A stretch of 64,000 nt of DNA, taken from assembly GCA_963742735.1 (NCBI GenBank), contig CAVUMN010000004.1, forward strand, positions 1,248,001 to 1,312,000. Direction: 5' to 3'. Below the pieces are notes generated by a model that was not told the DNA's origin, did no database searches, and saw only the letters and a list, made by a program, of their open reading frames with translations. This stretch comes from an uncultured Actinomycetes bacterium (GTDB lineage Bacteria; Actinomycetota; UBA4738; JBBDTT01). Shown here piece after piece: positions 40,256-51,760 of this stretch (positions are counted from its first letter, which is position 1; each line of letters begins with the position of its first letter). The position numbers and the translations under genes are program-made.

Positions 40256-40881
40256 TGGCCCGGTACACCGGACCGGACTGCCGCCTGTGCCGGCGCGAGC
40301 GCGAGAAGCTCTACCTCAAGGGCCGGCGATGTGAGTCGCCGAAGTGCGCGATCGAGCGGCGCCCCTACCCGCCGGGCGAGCACGGCCGCGGCCGCATCAA
40401 GGAGTCGGAGTACCTGCTCCAGCTCCGCGAGAAGCAGAAGGCCCGCCGGATCTACGGCATCTTCGAGAAGCAGTTCCGCAACTACTACCAGTCCGCCGCG
40501 CGCCAGCCGGGGGTGACCGGCGAGAACCTGCTGCGGCTGCTCGAGACGCGGCTGGACAACGTGGTGTACCGCGCCGGCCTCGCGAACTCCCGCGATCAGG
40601 CCCGCCAGCTCGTCCGCCACAAGCACTTCCAGGTCAACGGCCGCACGGTGAACGTCCCGTCGTTCCGGGTCCGGCCGGGGGACAAGGTCGAGCCGCGCAC
40701 GAAGTCGCGCAACCTGATCGCGATCCACGACGCGATCGAGGCCACCGAGTCCCGCATCGTCCCCGCGTGGCTGAACGTGGACCGGAACGCGCTCACGATC
40801 GACGTGACCGAGCTTCCGGCCCGCACCGCCATCGACACCAAGCTGCAGGAGCAGCTCATCGTCGAGCTCTACTCGAAGTAG
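40255..40881 (+). CDS. rpsD: 30S ribosomal protein S4 (Cys/Zn form)
   Basis: [14 protein letters not shown]...C...[26 protein letters not shown]. Confidence 0.98.
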   Translation: MARYTGPDCRLCRREREKLYLKGRRCESPKCAIERRPYPPGEHGRGRIKESEYLLQLREKQKARRIYGIFEKQFRNYYQSAARQPGVTGENLLRLLETRLDNVVYRAGLANSRDQARQLVRHKHFQVNGRTVNVPSFRVRPGDKVEPRTKSRNLIAIHDAIEATESRIVPAWLNVDRNALTIDVTELPARTAIDTKLQEQLIVELYSK

Positions 40882-40974
40882 CGAGCTCGAGCACATACCC
40901 GGACCGCGAACGCGGCCGGGAGGCAGCGAAGCCCCGGGTAGAAACGGTTGATCCCCGGGAGGAGGTAGATCGTT

Positions 40975-41904
40975 GTGCTGATCGTCGCCAGACCACAGAT
41001 CGAAGAGGAGTCCCTGACCCCGACGCGCTCGAAGTTCGCCGTCGAGCCGCTGGAGCCGGGATTCGGCTACACCCTCGGCAACGCGCTGCGCCGGACGCTG
41101 CTGTCCAGCATCCCCGGCGCCGCCGTGACCGCGGTCCGGATCGAGGGCGTGCTCCACGAGTTCGCCACGATCCCCAAGGTGACCGAGGACGTCACCGACA
41201 TCATCCTGAACCTCAAGGAGCTCGTGCTGCGCTCCGAGGTCGATGATCCCGCCACCGTGTACCTGCGGGCCAAGGGCCCGGCGGACGTCACGGCGGGCGA
41301 CATCGCCCCGCCGGCCGGCGTCGAGGTCCTGAACCCCGACCTGCACATCGCCACCCTCGGCAAGGGTGCGAGCCTCGAGATGGAGCTCGTCGTCGAGCGG
41401 GGCGTGGGCTACGTCGCGGCCGAGAAGAACAAGAAGTCACGCGACCCGATCGGCGTGATCCCGATCGACTCGATCTACTCGCCGGTCCGCCGCGTGACGT
41501 ACGCGGTCGAGAACACCCGCGTCGAGCAGGCCGTCGACCGCGACCGCCTGATCCTGGACGTGCAGACCGACGGCTCGATCACGCCTCGCGAGGCCGTGGC
41601 CTCCGCCGGCGCGACGCTCGGCGAGCTCGTGGCGCTGTTCGGCGACCTCACCGAGAGCCAGGGCCTGTCCCTCGGGCCGGCCGAGGAGGAGGGGCCGACG
41701 GGCGACCTCGCGCTGACGGTCGAGGAGCTCAACCTGTCGGTTCGCTCCTACAACTGCCTCAAGCGCGAGGGCGTGAACACGGTCGCCGACCTCGTGCAGA
41801 AGTCCGAGCAGGAGCTCATGGACATCCGCAACTTCGGCCAGAAGTCCATCGACGAGGTGAAGGCCAAGCTCGAGGATCTCGGCCTGTCCCTGCGGACGGA
41901 GTAA
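40975..41904 (+). CDS. rpoA: DNA-directed RNA polymerase subunit alpha
   Basis: [22 protein letters not shown]; [14 protein letters not shown]...NFGQKS. Confidence 0.99.
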   Translation: MLIVARPQIEEESLTPTRSKFAVEPLEPGFGYTLGNALRRTLLSSIPGAAVTAVRIEGVLHEFATIPKVTEDVTDIILNLKELVLRSEVDDPATVYLRAKGPADVTAGDIAPPAGVEVLNPDLHIATLGKGASLEMELVVERGVGYVAAEKNKKSRDPIGVIPIDSIYSPVRRVTYAVENTRVEQAVDRDRLILDVQTDGSITPREAVASAGATLGELVALFGDLTESQGLSLGPAEEEGPTGDLALTVEELNLSVRSYNCLKREGVNTVADLVQKSEQELMDIRNFGQKSIDEVKAKLEDLGLSLRTE

Positions 41905-41913
41905 GGAGCGCAC

Positions 41914-42279
41914 GTGCCCACGCCGAAGAAGGGACCGCGCCTGGGGAGCGGACCGGCGCATCAGAAGCTGATGCTCGGCGGCCTCGCCGCGTCCCTGTTC
42001 ACGCACGAGCGCATCAAGACCACCGAGGCCAAGGCCAAGATGCTGCGCCCCCTCGCCGAGAAGCTGATCACGTTCGGCAAGGACGGCAGCGTGCACGCCC
42101 GCCGGCAGGTCCTGAAGGTGGTCCCCGACCGCGACGTGGTGCACAAGCTCTTCGCGGAGATCGCCCCGCGGTTCACGGAGCGTCCCGGCGGCTACACCCG
42201 CATCATGAAGCTCGGCCCCCGCCAGGGCGACGGCGCCCCGATGGCGCTGATCGAGCTCGTGGAGCGCGGCACCGAGTAG
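41914..42279 (+). CDS. rplQ: 50S ribosomal protein L17
   Basis: [10 protein letters not shown]...IKTTEAKAK...RPGGYTRI. Confidence 0.98.
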   Translation: MPTPKKGPRLGSGPAHQKLMLGGLAASLFTHERIKTTEAKAKMLRPLAEKLITFGKDGSVHARRQVLKVVPDRDVVHKLFAEIAPRFTERPGGYTRIMKLGPRQGDGAPMALIELVERGTE

Positions 42280-42283
42280 CGCC

Positions 42284-43033
42284 ACGATCCTCCGGCTGAC
42301 CCTCGCGTACGACGGGACCGGCTTCCACGGCTGGGCCCGCCAGCCGGGTCGCCGCACGGTCGAGGCCGTGGTGGCCGAAGCGCTCGGCCGTGCGATGGGC
42401 GCTCCGCCCAGGCTGTCGGTCGCCGGCCGCACCGACGCCGGCGTGCACGCCGCGGGACAGGTCGTCTCGTTCGAGGCCCCCGAGGGGAGCGACCCTGCGC
42501 GCCTGCAGCGCTCCGTCAACGGCATGCTCGGCCCCGAGGTGGTGGTGGTAGCGGCGCTCCGAGCGCCCGTCGGCTTCGACGCCCGCTTTTCGGCTACCGG
42601 CCGCGAGTACCGCTACCGGATCGACACGGCGGCGCATCCCGATCCGTTCACGGCCCGGTACGTCTGGCACCGCCCGGGAGGGCTGGCCCTCGCGCCCATG
42701 CGCCGGGCCGCACGCGACCTCACCGGCGAGCACGACTTCGCGTCGTTCTGCCGGACGCGCCGCAACGAGCGTTCCACCGTTCGCACGCTCCGGCGGCTGA
42801 GCGTCGCCTCGCGCGAGGGCGTGGTGACGATCACCGCCGAGGCCGACGGGTTCCTGCACCAGATGGTCCGGAGCCTCGTGGGGACGCTCGTGGACGTGGC
42901 CGTCGGCCGCCTCGACACGTTGGCCATGGCGGCCGTGCTCGCGGCGAGGGACCGGTCCGCCGCGGGACGGCTTGCCCCGCCGCACGGGCTCACGCTCGAA
43001 CGGGTGCGATACGGGCGAGGCGGCGTCCTTTGA
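42284..43033 (+). CDS. truA: tRNA pseudouridine(38-40) synthase TruA (start codon unclear)
   Basis: LRLTLAYDGTGFHGWA, AGRTDAGVHA, FDARFSA, FLHQMVR. The conserved N-terminal motif lies upstream of the first canonical start (42368). Confidence 0.93.
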   Translation, partial: TILRLTLAYDGTGFHGWARQPGRRTVEAVVAEALGRAMGAPPRLSVAGRTDAGVHAAGQVVSFEAPEGSDPARLQRSVNGMLGPEVVVVAALRAPVGFDARFSATGREYRYRIDTAAHPDPFTARYVWHRPGGLALAPMRRAARDLTGEHDFASFCRTRRNERSTVRTLRRLSVASREGVVTITAEADGFLHQMVRSLVGTLVDVAVGRLDTLAMAAVLAARDRSAAGRLAPPHGLTLERVRYGRGGVL

Positions 43034-43059
43034 CGCTCGCTTCGACCGGCTCGTATGAT
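43030..43059 (+). promoter_or_regulatory. Putative promoter of rplM-rpsI
   Basis: TTGACG, 18 nt, TATGAT. Confidence 0.65.
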
Positions 43060-43091
43060 CAAGGGCGTCGGCTTGCGAGCCGGCCTTTTCT

Positions 43092-43742
43092 ATGAAGACC
43101 TTCACTCCCAAGCCGGACCACATCGAGCGTCGCTGGTACGTCGTCGACGCCGACGGCGCCGTGCTCGGCCGTCTGGCCACGCACGTGGCGTCGGTCCTGA
43201 AGGGCAAGCACAAGCCCATCTACGCCCCGCACGTCGACACCGGTGACCACGTGATCGTCGTCAACGCCGCGAAGGTGCGGCTGACCGGCGCCAAGCTCGA
43301 GGACAAGATGTGGCACCGCCACTCGGGCTACCCCGGCGGTCTCACCTCGGTCCCCTACGACCGCCTCATGTCCACCCGGCCCGACCGCGCGGTCGAGAAG
43401 GCGATCAAGGGGATGCTCCCGAAGACCCGGCTCGGCCGCTCCATGGGCCGCAAGCTGATCGTGTACTCGGGCGCCGAGCACCGTCAGTCGGCGCAGCGGC
43501 CCGAGACGCTGCCCGTCGGGGAGATCCCGAAGTGGACGGGGCTGCCCGCGCCCAAGCCCACGCCGGAGCCCACGCCGAAGGCCGAGCGACCCAGGGGCCG
43601 GACCACCAAGGCCGCGCCCGCCAAACGGGCCGGGAAGGCTCCCGCGAAGCGCGCGGTGCGCAAGCCGGCCGCCAAGCGAGCGGCCGCGAAGGCCTCGCCC
43701 AAGAAGGCCGCCGCCAAGCGCGCGGCCAAGAAGGAGTCGTAA
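43092..43742 (+). CDS. rplM: 50S ribosomal protein L13 with Lys/Ala-rich C-terminal tail
   Basis: WYVVDA...LGRLA...KHKP...HSGYPGG...GMLPK; tail PAKRAGKAPAKRA...KKAAAKRAAKK. Confidence 0.97.
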   Translation: MKTFTPKPDHIERRWYVVDADGAVLGRLATHVASVLKGKHKPIYAPHVDTGDHVIVVNAAKVRLTGAKLEDKMWHRHSGYPGGLTSVPYDRLMSTRPDRAVEKAIKGMLPKTRLGRSMGRKLIVYSGAEHRQSAQRPETLPVGEIPKWTGLPAPKPTPEPTPKAERPRGRTTKAAPAKRAGKAPAKRAVRKPAAKRAAAKASPKKAAAKRAAKKES

Positions 43743-44138
43743 GTGGCTGCCACGGACGTCAACCTCGGAACCGGCCGGCGCAAGGAGGCCGTCGCACGCG
43801 TGCGGCTGAGCCCCGGCACCGGCGTCTTCACCCTCAACGGGCGTCCGCTGGAGGAGTACTTCACCTCACGGGCCCAGCGCATGGTGGTCACCGCGCCCCT
43901 GCGCGCCATCCAGCGCGAGAAAGACTTCGACGTCGTCGCCCGGATTCACGGTGGTGGCACCACCGGACAGGCCGGTGCGCTTCGCCACGGGCTCGCCCGC
44001 GCGCTGATCGACCTCGATCCCTCGCTGCGGGCCGCGCTCAAGGCCGAGGGCTTCCTGACCCGCGACGCGCGGGAGAAGGAGCGCCGCAAGTACGGGCTGA
44101 AGAAGGCCCGCAAGGCGCCGCAGTACTCCAAGCGCTAG
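43743..44138 (+). CDS. rpsI: 30S ribosomal protein S9
   Basis: [12 protein letters not shown]...GGG..GQAGA...[19 protein letters not shown]. Confidence 0.99.
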   Translation: MAATDVNLGTGRRKEAVARVRLSPGTGVFTLNGRPLEEYFTSRAQRMVVTAPLRAIQREKDFDVVARIHGGGTTGQAGALRHGLARALIDLDPSLRAALKAEGFLTRDAREKERRKYGLKKARKAPQYSKR

Positions 44139-44142
44139 CCGG

Positions 44143-44412
44143 TTACTCCTCCGGGAGGCTGAGCCCTCCGTCGAGGGCATCCGCGAGCACGAGCTGGGCC
44201 TGGACCTCCATCGCCCTCGGCACGTACAGATAGATCGGCGTGTACGCCATGCGGTACGGACCCTCGCTCTCGCCCTTCACGAAGACGGGGATGTCCTCCG
44301 CCTCGAGGCGCGCCCTGAGGCCGTAGGCCTCCATCGACGAGGAGGCCACGTGAACCAGGGCAAGCTCGGTGGAGCCGGAGGGGACGTGCTCGGGAGCGGA
44401 GGGTTGGGACAC
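44143..44412 (-). CDS. Small DUF2007-like (putative signal-transducing) protein
   Basis: C-terminal end of a long shadow ORF reads EAYGLRARLEAEDIPVFVKGE...YLYVP...AQLVL. GTG at 44412. Confidence 0.65.
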   Translation of the reverse strand: MSQPSAPEHVPSGSTELALVHVASSSMEAYGLRARLEAEDIPVFVKGESEGPYRMAYTPIYLYVPRAMEVQAQLVLADALDGGLSLPEE

Positions 44413-44439
44413 GAGGTCGTCAACTACGATACCCCGTCT

Positions 44440-45768
44440 ATGCCCCGCCTCTTCGGGACCGACGGCGTGCGAGGGGTGGCCGGCCGCGACCTCACCGACG
44501 AGCTTGCACGGAGCCTCGGCTGGGCCGCGGTGGCCGCCCTGAACGAGCACGGGACCGCGCACCCCCGCGTGTTGATCGGCCGTGACACGCGCGCGTCGGG
44601 GGAGGGGCTCGAGCGAGCCCTCGCCCAGGGGATCGGCTCGGCCGGCGGCGACGTGGTCCTGCTCGGCGTCGCGCCCACCCCCGCGGTGGCCCATCTGGTC
44701 GTGGCCGACGCCGCCGACGCGGGCGCGGTCATCTCCGCCTCGCACAACCCCGCCGAGTACAACGGCATCAAGCTCTTCTCGCGCGAGGGCTACAAGCTCC
44801 CCGACGCGATCGAGGACGAGATCGAGCGCCTGGTCCAGGCGGGACCGGCTCCGGCGCCCAACGGCGGGGAGCACGTTCAGGCCGACCCCGGCGCCGCGGA
44901 CCGGTACGTGGAGTTCGTGACCGCGTCGGCGGGCACGATCGCGGGGCTGCGGGTGGTCGTCGACGCGGCGAACGGGGCCGCGTCCACGGTCGGGCCGGAG
45001 GCCCTGCGCCGGCTGGGGGCCGAGGTCATTCCCATCCACGACCGTCCCGACGGAGCGAACATCAACGACGGATGCGGCGCGACCCATCCCGAGACGGTGG
45101 CGCGGGCGGTCGTGGAGCATCGCGCCGACGCGGGCGTCGCCTTCGACGGCGACGCGGACCGTGCCCTGTTCGCGGACGCCGACGGGAACGTGATCAACGG
45201 CGACCACGTGCTCGCCGCCGCCGCGCTCTGGCTCCGCGACGAGGGCCGGCTGAAGGGCGACACGGTCGTCACCACGGTGATGGCCAACCTGGGGTTCCGG
45301 CGGGCGATGGATGCCGCCGGGATCCGGGTGCTGGAGACGAAGGTGGGGGACCGCTACGTGCTGGAGCGGATGCTCGAGGCCGACGCGGTGCTCGGCGGCG
45401 AGCAGTCCGGACACGTGATCTTCCTGGACGACGCGACCACGGGCGACGGGGTCCTGACCGCGGCGAAGTTCCTCTCGATCGCGGTGGCTCGCGGTCAGAC
45501 CGTCGCCGGGCTCGCGAAGGCGATGCGTGCCTATCCGCAGGTCCTGGTGAACGTGGAGGTCCCGGCGCCCGGCGAGCTCGAGGGCGCCGAGGCCGTGTGG
45601 ACGGCCGTCCGCGAGGCGGAGGCCGCCCTCGGGAGCTCGGGGCGCATCCTGGTGCGCGCATCGGGCACGGAGCCCCTCGTCCGCGTGATGGTCGAGGCCG
45701 AGACCGAGGAGGCGTCGCGTACGCACGCCGAGCGCCTGGCCGCCGCCGTCCGCGAGACCCTGGCCTAG
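44440..45768 (+). CDS. glmM: Phosphoglucosamine mutase
   Basis: LFGTDGVRG, ISASHNP, DGDADR, GGEQSGH, RASGTEP. Confidence 0.97.
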   Translation: MPRLFGTDGVRGVAGRDLTDELARSLGWAAVAALNEHGTAHPRVLIGRDTRASGEGLERALAQGIGSAGGDVVLLGVAPTPAVAHLVVADAADAGAVISASHNPAEYNGIKLFSREGYKLPDAIEDEIERLVQAGPAPAPNGGEHVQADPGAADRYVEFVTASAGTIAGLRVVVDAANGAASTVGPEALRRLGAEVIPIHDRPDGANINDGCGATHPETVARAVVEHRADAGVAFDGDADRALFADADGNVINGDHVLAAAALWLRDEGRLKGDTVVTTVMANLGFRRAMDAAGIRVLETKVGDRYVLERMLEADAVLGGEQSGHVIFLDDATTGDGVLTAAKFLSIAVARGQTVAGLAKAMRAYPQVLVNVEVPAPGELEGAEAVWTAVREAEAALGSSGRILVRASGTEPLVRVMVEAETEEASRTHAERLAAAVRETLA

Positions 45769-45816
45769 CTCGCATCCGGGGTCCCTCGGGCCCCGCGCGG
45801 TAGCATTGACCTTCTC

Positions 45817-47652
<1,836 letters not shown>

Positions 47653-47656
47653 CCCC

Positions 47657-48031
47657 ATGCGGATCCTGGGGGTCGGGATCGACGTGGTGGACGTGGAACG
47701 GATGCGGCGGATCCTGGAGCGCCACCCGCGCTTCGCCGCCAGGCACTTCGCGACGCGGGAGATCGCGTACTGCGACGGCCGCGGCGACCGGGCCGCGTGC
47801 TACGCCGCCCGATGGGCGGCCAAGGAGGCGTTCGCCAAGTCCCTGGGCGGGGTGCCCCACGGACGGTGGCGCCAGGTCGCCGTGGTCCGCGCGCAGGACG
47901 GGAGTCTCAGCCTGCAGGTCGAAGGTTCGGCGAAGGAGCGGATGACGGAGGTGGGCGCCACGGAGCTGCACGTGTCGATCGCGCACGAGCGGGCCGTCGC
48001 CGTCGCGACCTGCGTGGCGGTGGGCGCGTGA
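47657..48031 (+). CDS. acpS: Holo-[acyl-carrier-protein] synthase
   Basis: GVGIDVVD...ARWAAKEAFAK...HVSIAH. Confidence 0.93.
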   Translation: MRILGVGIDVVDVERMRRILERHPRFAARHFATREIAYCDGRGDRAACYAARWAAKEAFAKSLGGVPHGRWRQVAVVRAQDGSLSLQVEGSAKERMTEVGATELHVSIAHERAVAVATCVAVGA

Positions 48032-49554
48032 TCCCCGTCCTCACCTCCTCGGAGACCCGCGAGATCGACCGGCAGTCCGAGTCCCGCGGCGTGCCGGTGC
48101 TGGACCTCATGGAGCGCGCCGGATGGGCGGTGGCCCGAGCCGCCCGGTCCGTGACGAGCGGGGGGTACGGCCGCCGGGCGCTGGTGGTCGCCGGCAAGGG
48201 CAACAACGGTGGCGACGGGCTGGTGGCCGCCCGCCACCTGGCCGCGCGGGGCATGGGGGTCACGGTGCTCCTCGTCGCGGCGCCGTCGGACCTCTCGGGT
48301 CCGGCCGCGGAGAACCTTCGCCGGCTCGAGGACGTTCGCGTCGCCGAGGCCACGCCCGAGCGGTTGGCGCGCGAGGCTCGCCGGGCGGACGTGGTGGTGG
48401 ACGCGCTGTTCGGCACCGGCTTTCGAGGGGCCCCGGACGGCCTCGCCGCCGCGGCGATCGAGGCGATGAACGGATCGGGCGCGGCGGTCGTCGCGGCCGA
48501 CATCCCCTCCGGCGTGAACGCGGACACCGCCGCCGTCCCCGGCGCGGCCGTGTGGGCCGACGTGACCGTGACGTTCGGCGCCCCCAAGGTCGGCCTGGTG
48601 CTGTACCCCGGCGCCGAGCACGCCGGAATCCTGGAGGTCGCCGACATCGGTTTCCCCGCGGACCTCCTTCGATCAGACCTGGTGCTGGTTCAGGCCGGCG
48701 ATGTGCGCCGGATGCTGCCGGTGCGGAAGCCCGACACCCACAAGCGGCGCACGGGCGTCGTGGCGATCGTGGCGGGCTCGCGGGACATGCCGGGAGCGGC
48801 GTCGCTCGTGGCGTCGGGCGCGGCGGCGCTCGGCGCGGGGCTCATCCGCCTGGCGGTGGTGCCGAGCGTTCGCGGAGCCGCCGCCGCCCTGCATCCCGAG
48901 GCGACGTTCCTCCCGCTCCCGGAGTCCGCCGACGGGATCCTGGCCTCGGGCGCGTGGGACGCGCTGGGCCCGGAGCTCGACCGGGTGCAGGCCGTGGCCA
49001 TCGGACCGGGACTCACCTCGGGGGAGGAGGCCGCCGCGGAGATCCGGCGGATCGTCCTGGGCTCGCCGGTACCGGTCGTCGCCGACGCGGACGCCCTCAA
49101 CGCCTTCGCGGGCCGCGCGGCCGAGCTCGCCGAACGCGCGGGCGAGCTGGTCATCACGCCCCACGAGGGCGAGTTCGAGCGGCTGTTCGGGGCCTCCCGC
49201 GCCGCGCTCGCCGACGACCGCGTGGGCCTGGTGCGCAAGGCGGCGGAGACGGCCGGGTGCACCGTCGTGCTGAAGAGCAGTCGTTCGCTGATCGCCGATC
49301 CGGGCGGCGAGGTGCGCGTGAACCCCACCGGCACCGCCTTCCTTGCCACGGGCGGAACGGGCGACCTCCTGACCGGGGCCGTCGCCACGTTGCTGGCCCG
49401 CGGCCTCTCCGGCCTGGACGCCGCCACGGCCGCCGCCTACGTGCACGGTCTGGCAGGGCGCCGGGCCGGCGAGGACCTTGGGGAGGGCGCGACGTCCGCC
49501 GACATCGCCGCGCGCCTTGCCGAGTCGGCCGCCTCGGTCCGGGAGACCGAGTGA
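48028..49554 (+). CDS. nnr: Bifunctional NAD(P)H-hydrate epimerase/dehydratase
   Basis: LMERAG, GKGNNGGDG, DALFGTG, DIPSG, ADADAL, TPHEGEF, ATGGTGD. Confidence 0.95.
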   Translation: MIPVLTSSETREIDRQSESRGVPVLDLMERAGWAVARAARSVTSGGYGRRALVVAGKGNNGGDGLVAARHLAARGMGVTVLLVAAPSDLSGPAAENLRRLEDVRVAEATPERLAREARRADVVVDALFGTGFRGAPDGLAAAAIEAMNGSGAAVVAADIPSGVNADTAAVPGAAVWADVTVTFGAPKVGLVLYPGAEHAGILEVADIGFPADLLRSDLVLVQAGDVRRMLPVRKPDTHKRRTGVVAIVAGSRDMPGAASLVASGAAALGAGLIRLAVVPSVRGAAAALHPEATFLPLPESADGILASGAWDALGPELDRVQAVAIGPGLTSGEEAAAEIRRIVLGSPVPVVADADALNAFAGRAAELAERAGELVITPHEGEFERLFGASRAALADDRVGLVRKAAETAGCTVVLKSSRSLIADPGGEVRVNPTGTAFLATGGTGDLLTGAVATLLARGLSGLDAATAAAYVHGLAGRRAGEDLGEGATSADIAARLAESAASVRETE

Positions 49555-50663
49555 GCCGCCAGTTCCGCCCGACCACGGCCGAGGTCGACCTGGACGCGAT
49601 CCGCCACAACGTCCGGGCCCTGAAGCCCACGGGGGCCGAGCTGATGGCCGTGGTGAAGGCCAACGGGTACGGGCACGGGGACGTCCCGGTCGCCCGCGCC
49701 GCCCTGGACTCGGGCGCGACCTGGCTGGGGGTGGCGCTCGTCGAGGAGGGGCTGCGCCTGCGCGAGGCCGGGATCGACGCGCCGATCCTGGTGCTCAGCG
49801 AGTTCCCGCCCGGATCGGAGAAGGACGCGCTCGCCGGGAGCCTGACCCCGTCCCTGTACACCGACGGCGGGCTCGCCGCGCTGGCCGACGCGGCCGCCAG
49901 CGCGGGCCGGCCCGTGGGGGTCCACGTCAAGGTCGACACCGGCATGCGCCGGGTGGGCCACGCCGCCGACGGTCTCGCCGGGTTCGTCCGGGCGGCGGTG
50001 GATGCGGGGCTGAGCTTCGAGGCCCTCTGGAGCCACCTGGCGGTGTCCGAGGAGCCGGCGCATCCGTCGGTGGCGGCGCAGCTCGAGCGGTTCGCCGCGG
50101 CGACCGCGGCGCTGTCCGAGGAGGGCCTCGTTCCGCGCCTCCGTCACCTCGCGAACACGGGGGCGATCCTCGGGTCGCCCTCGGCGCACCTGGACCTGGT
50201 TCGGGCGGGGATCGGGCTCTACGGCTACGCGCCCGGTCCCGCGGTCGCGGGCGGAGCGGAGCTTCGCCCGGCCCTGCGCTGGACCGCCGCGGTCTCGATG
50301 GTCAAGCGCGTGCCGGCCGGCGAGGCGGTTTCCTACGGGCACCGCTACGCGCCGGAGCGCGACACGACGATCGCCACGGTCGGCGTCGGGTACGCCGACG
50401 GGTACGCCCGCCGGCTGACGAACGTCGGGGAGGTGCTGATCCGGGGCCGGCGCCACCGGGTGGCCGGGACCGTGACCATGGACCAGATCCTGGTGGACGT
50501 CGGCGACGAACCCGTGGAGCCCGGCGACGAGGTCGTCCTGATCGGCCGCCAGGGCGACGAGGCGATGACGGCCGACGAGCTCGCCGAGACGCTGGGCACG
50601 ATCAGCTACGAGATCGTCTGCGCCGTCGGCGAGCGCGTCCCTCGCCGGTACGTGGGCGCCTGA
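49551..50663 (+). CDS. alr: Alanine racemase
   Basis: AVVKANGYGHG, KVDTGMRR, SYG, GYADG, MDQ, TISYE. Confidence 0.97.
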   Translation: MSRQFRPTTAEVDLDAIRHNVRALKPTGAELMAVVKANGYGHGDVPVARAALDSGATWLGVALVEEGLRLREAGIDAPILVLSEFPPGSEKDALAGSLTPSLYTDGGLAALADAAASAGRPVGVHVKVDTGMRRVGHAADGLAGFVRAAVDAGLSFEALWSHLAVSEEPAHPSVAAQLERFAAATAALSEEGLVPRLRHLANTGAILGSPSAHLDLVRAGIGLYGYAPGPAVAGGAELRPALRWTAAVSMVKRVPAGEAVSYGHRYAPERDTTIATVGVGYADGYARRLTNVGEVLIRGRRHRVAGTVTMDQILVDVGDEPVEPGDEVVLIGRQGDEAMTADELAETLGTISYEIVCAVGERVPRRYVGA

Positions 50664-51760
50664 TGGCCGAGCCCGAGGCTGCCTCCACGACCACCAGCCG
50701 CCGCAAGGGCGTGCTGTGGGCCGCGGGGATCATCGCGGGCGTCGGCGCGGGCATCGTCGCCGAGCGCGTCCTGATGCGCCGCGAGCTCGGCCGGCCCGAT
50801 CCCGAGCGGGACGAGGCGTTCGGGACGCTCCCGGGCGAGCGCGTGCCGGTGACGGCGTTCGACGGCACCGAGCTCCACTGCCGCGTGGTCGGGCCCGAGG
50901 GAGCGCCCACGATCGTGTTCGCCCACGGGGTCACCCTGAACATGACGCTCTGGTACTACCAGTGGCGCGCGTTCAGCGATCGCTACCGGTGTGTCCTGTA
51001 CGACCAGCGCGGGCACGGAGGGAGCGGCAAGGCCCCGAAGGGCGACTACTCGGTGGAGGCCCTCGCCCATGACCTCCGCTCGGTGCTCGACACGACCACG
51101 CCGAAGGGGCCGGCGGTGCTCGTCGGGCACAGCATGGGCGGCATGTCGATGATCTCCCTGGCCGATCGCCATCCCGAGGAGTACGGCGGACGGGTGGTGG
51201 GCGCGGTCCTCGTCGACACGACCGCGTCCGACCTCGTGCGGGAGGCCGCCGGGTCGATCGGCGCCCGGGTCGAACGGGTCCTGCGGCCGGCCCATCGGTG
51301 GTTCATCTCCGACCTCGATCGGGTCGAGCGGGTGCGCCGCCGGGTCGAGGCCACCGGCACCGACTTCGCCTATCTCGCGACGCGCGTGACCAACTTCGGC
51401 CCGAACGCCTCCCCCGCGCAGGTCGAGCACGTGACCCGGGTCGCCATGGCCGTCCCTCCGGAGATCTGGGCGCACTCGATCCGCAGCCTCATGGAGATGG
51501 ACCTGCGCCACGCGGTCGAGCGCGTCTCGGTGCCGGCTCTCGTGATCGTGGGGGATCGCGACCGGCTGACCCCCAAGACCAGCGCGGAGGCCCTGCTGAA
51601 GGCGTTGCCGAATGCCCGCGGGATCCTGCTCACCGGCGCGGGGCACATCGCGATGATGGAGCGGCACGCGGCGTTCAACCGCGCCGTGGAGGGGTTCCTG
51701 GCCGAGGTCCTTCCTCTCAAGGCGCCCCGGCGCGCGCGGCGAAAGGCCGCGGCCGGATGA
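50663..51760 (+). CDS. Alpha/beta hydrolase with N-terminal TM
   Basis: HG oxyanion motif, DQRGHG, GHSMGG nucleophile, D and GH triad residues. Syntenic with alr-tsaE as in actinobacteria. Confidence 0.9.
   Translation: MAEPEAASTTTSRRKGVLWAAGIIAGVGAGIVAERVLMRRELGRPDPERDEAFGTLPGERVPVTAFDGTELHCRVVGPEGAPTIVFAHGVTLNMTLWYYQWRAFSDRYRCVLYDQRGHGGSGKAPKGDYSVEALAHDLRSVLDTTTPKGPAVLVGHSMGGMSMISLADRHPEEYGGRVVGAVLVDTTASDLVREAAGSIGARVERVLRPAHRWFISDLDRVERVRRRVEATGTDFAYLATRVTNFGPNASPAQVEHVTRVAMAVPPEIWAHSIRSLMEMDLRHAVERVSVPALVIVGDRDRLTPKTSAEALLKALPNARGILLTGAGHIAMMERHAAFNRAVEGFLAEVLPLKAPRRARRKAAAG

Noticed and set aside
45769-45816. Possible glmS ribozyme upstream of glmS
   Set aside because: Spacer is only 48 nt with one short GC hairpin, too small for the ribozyme.
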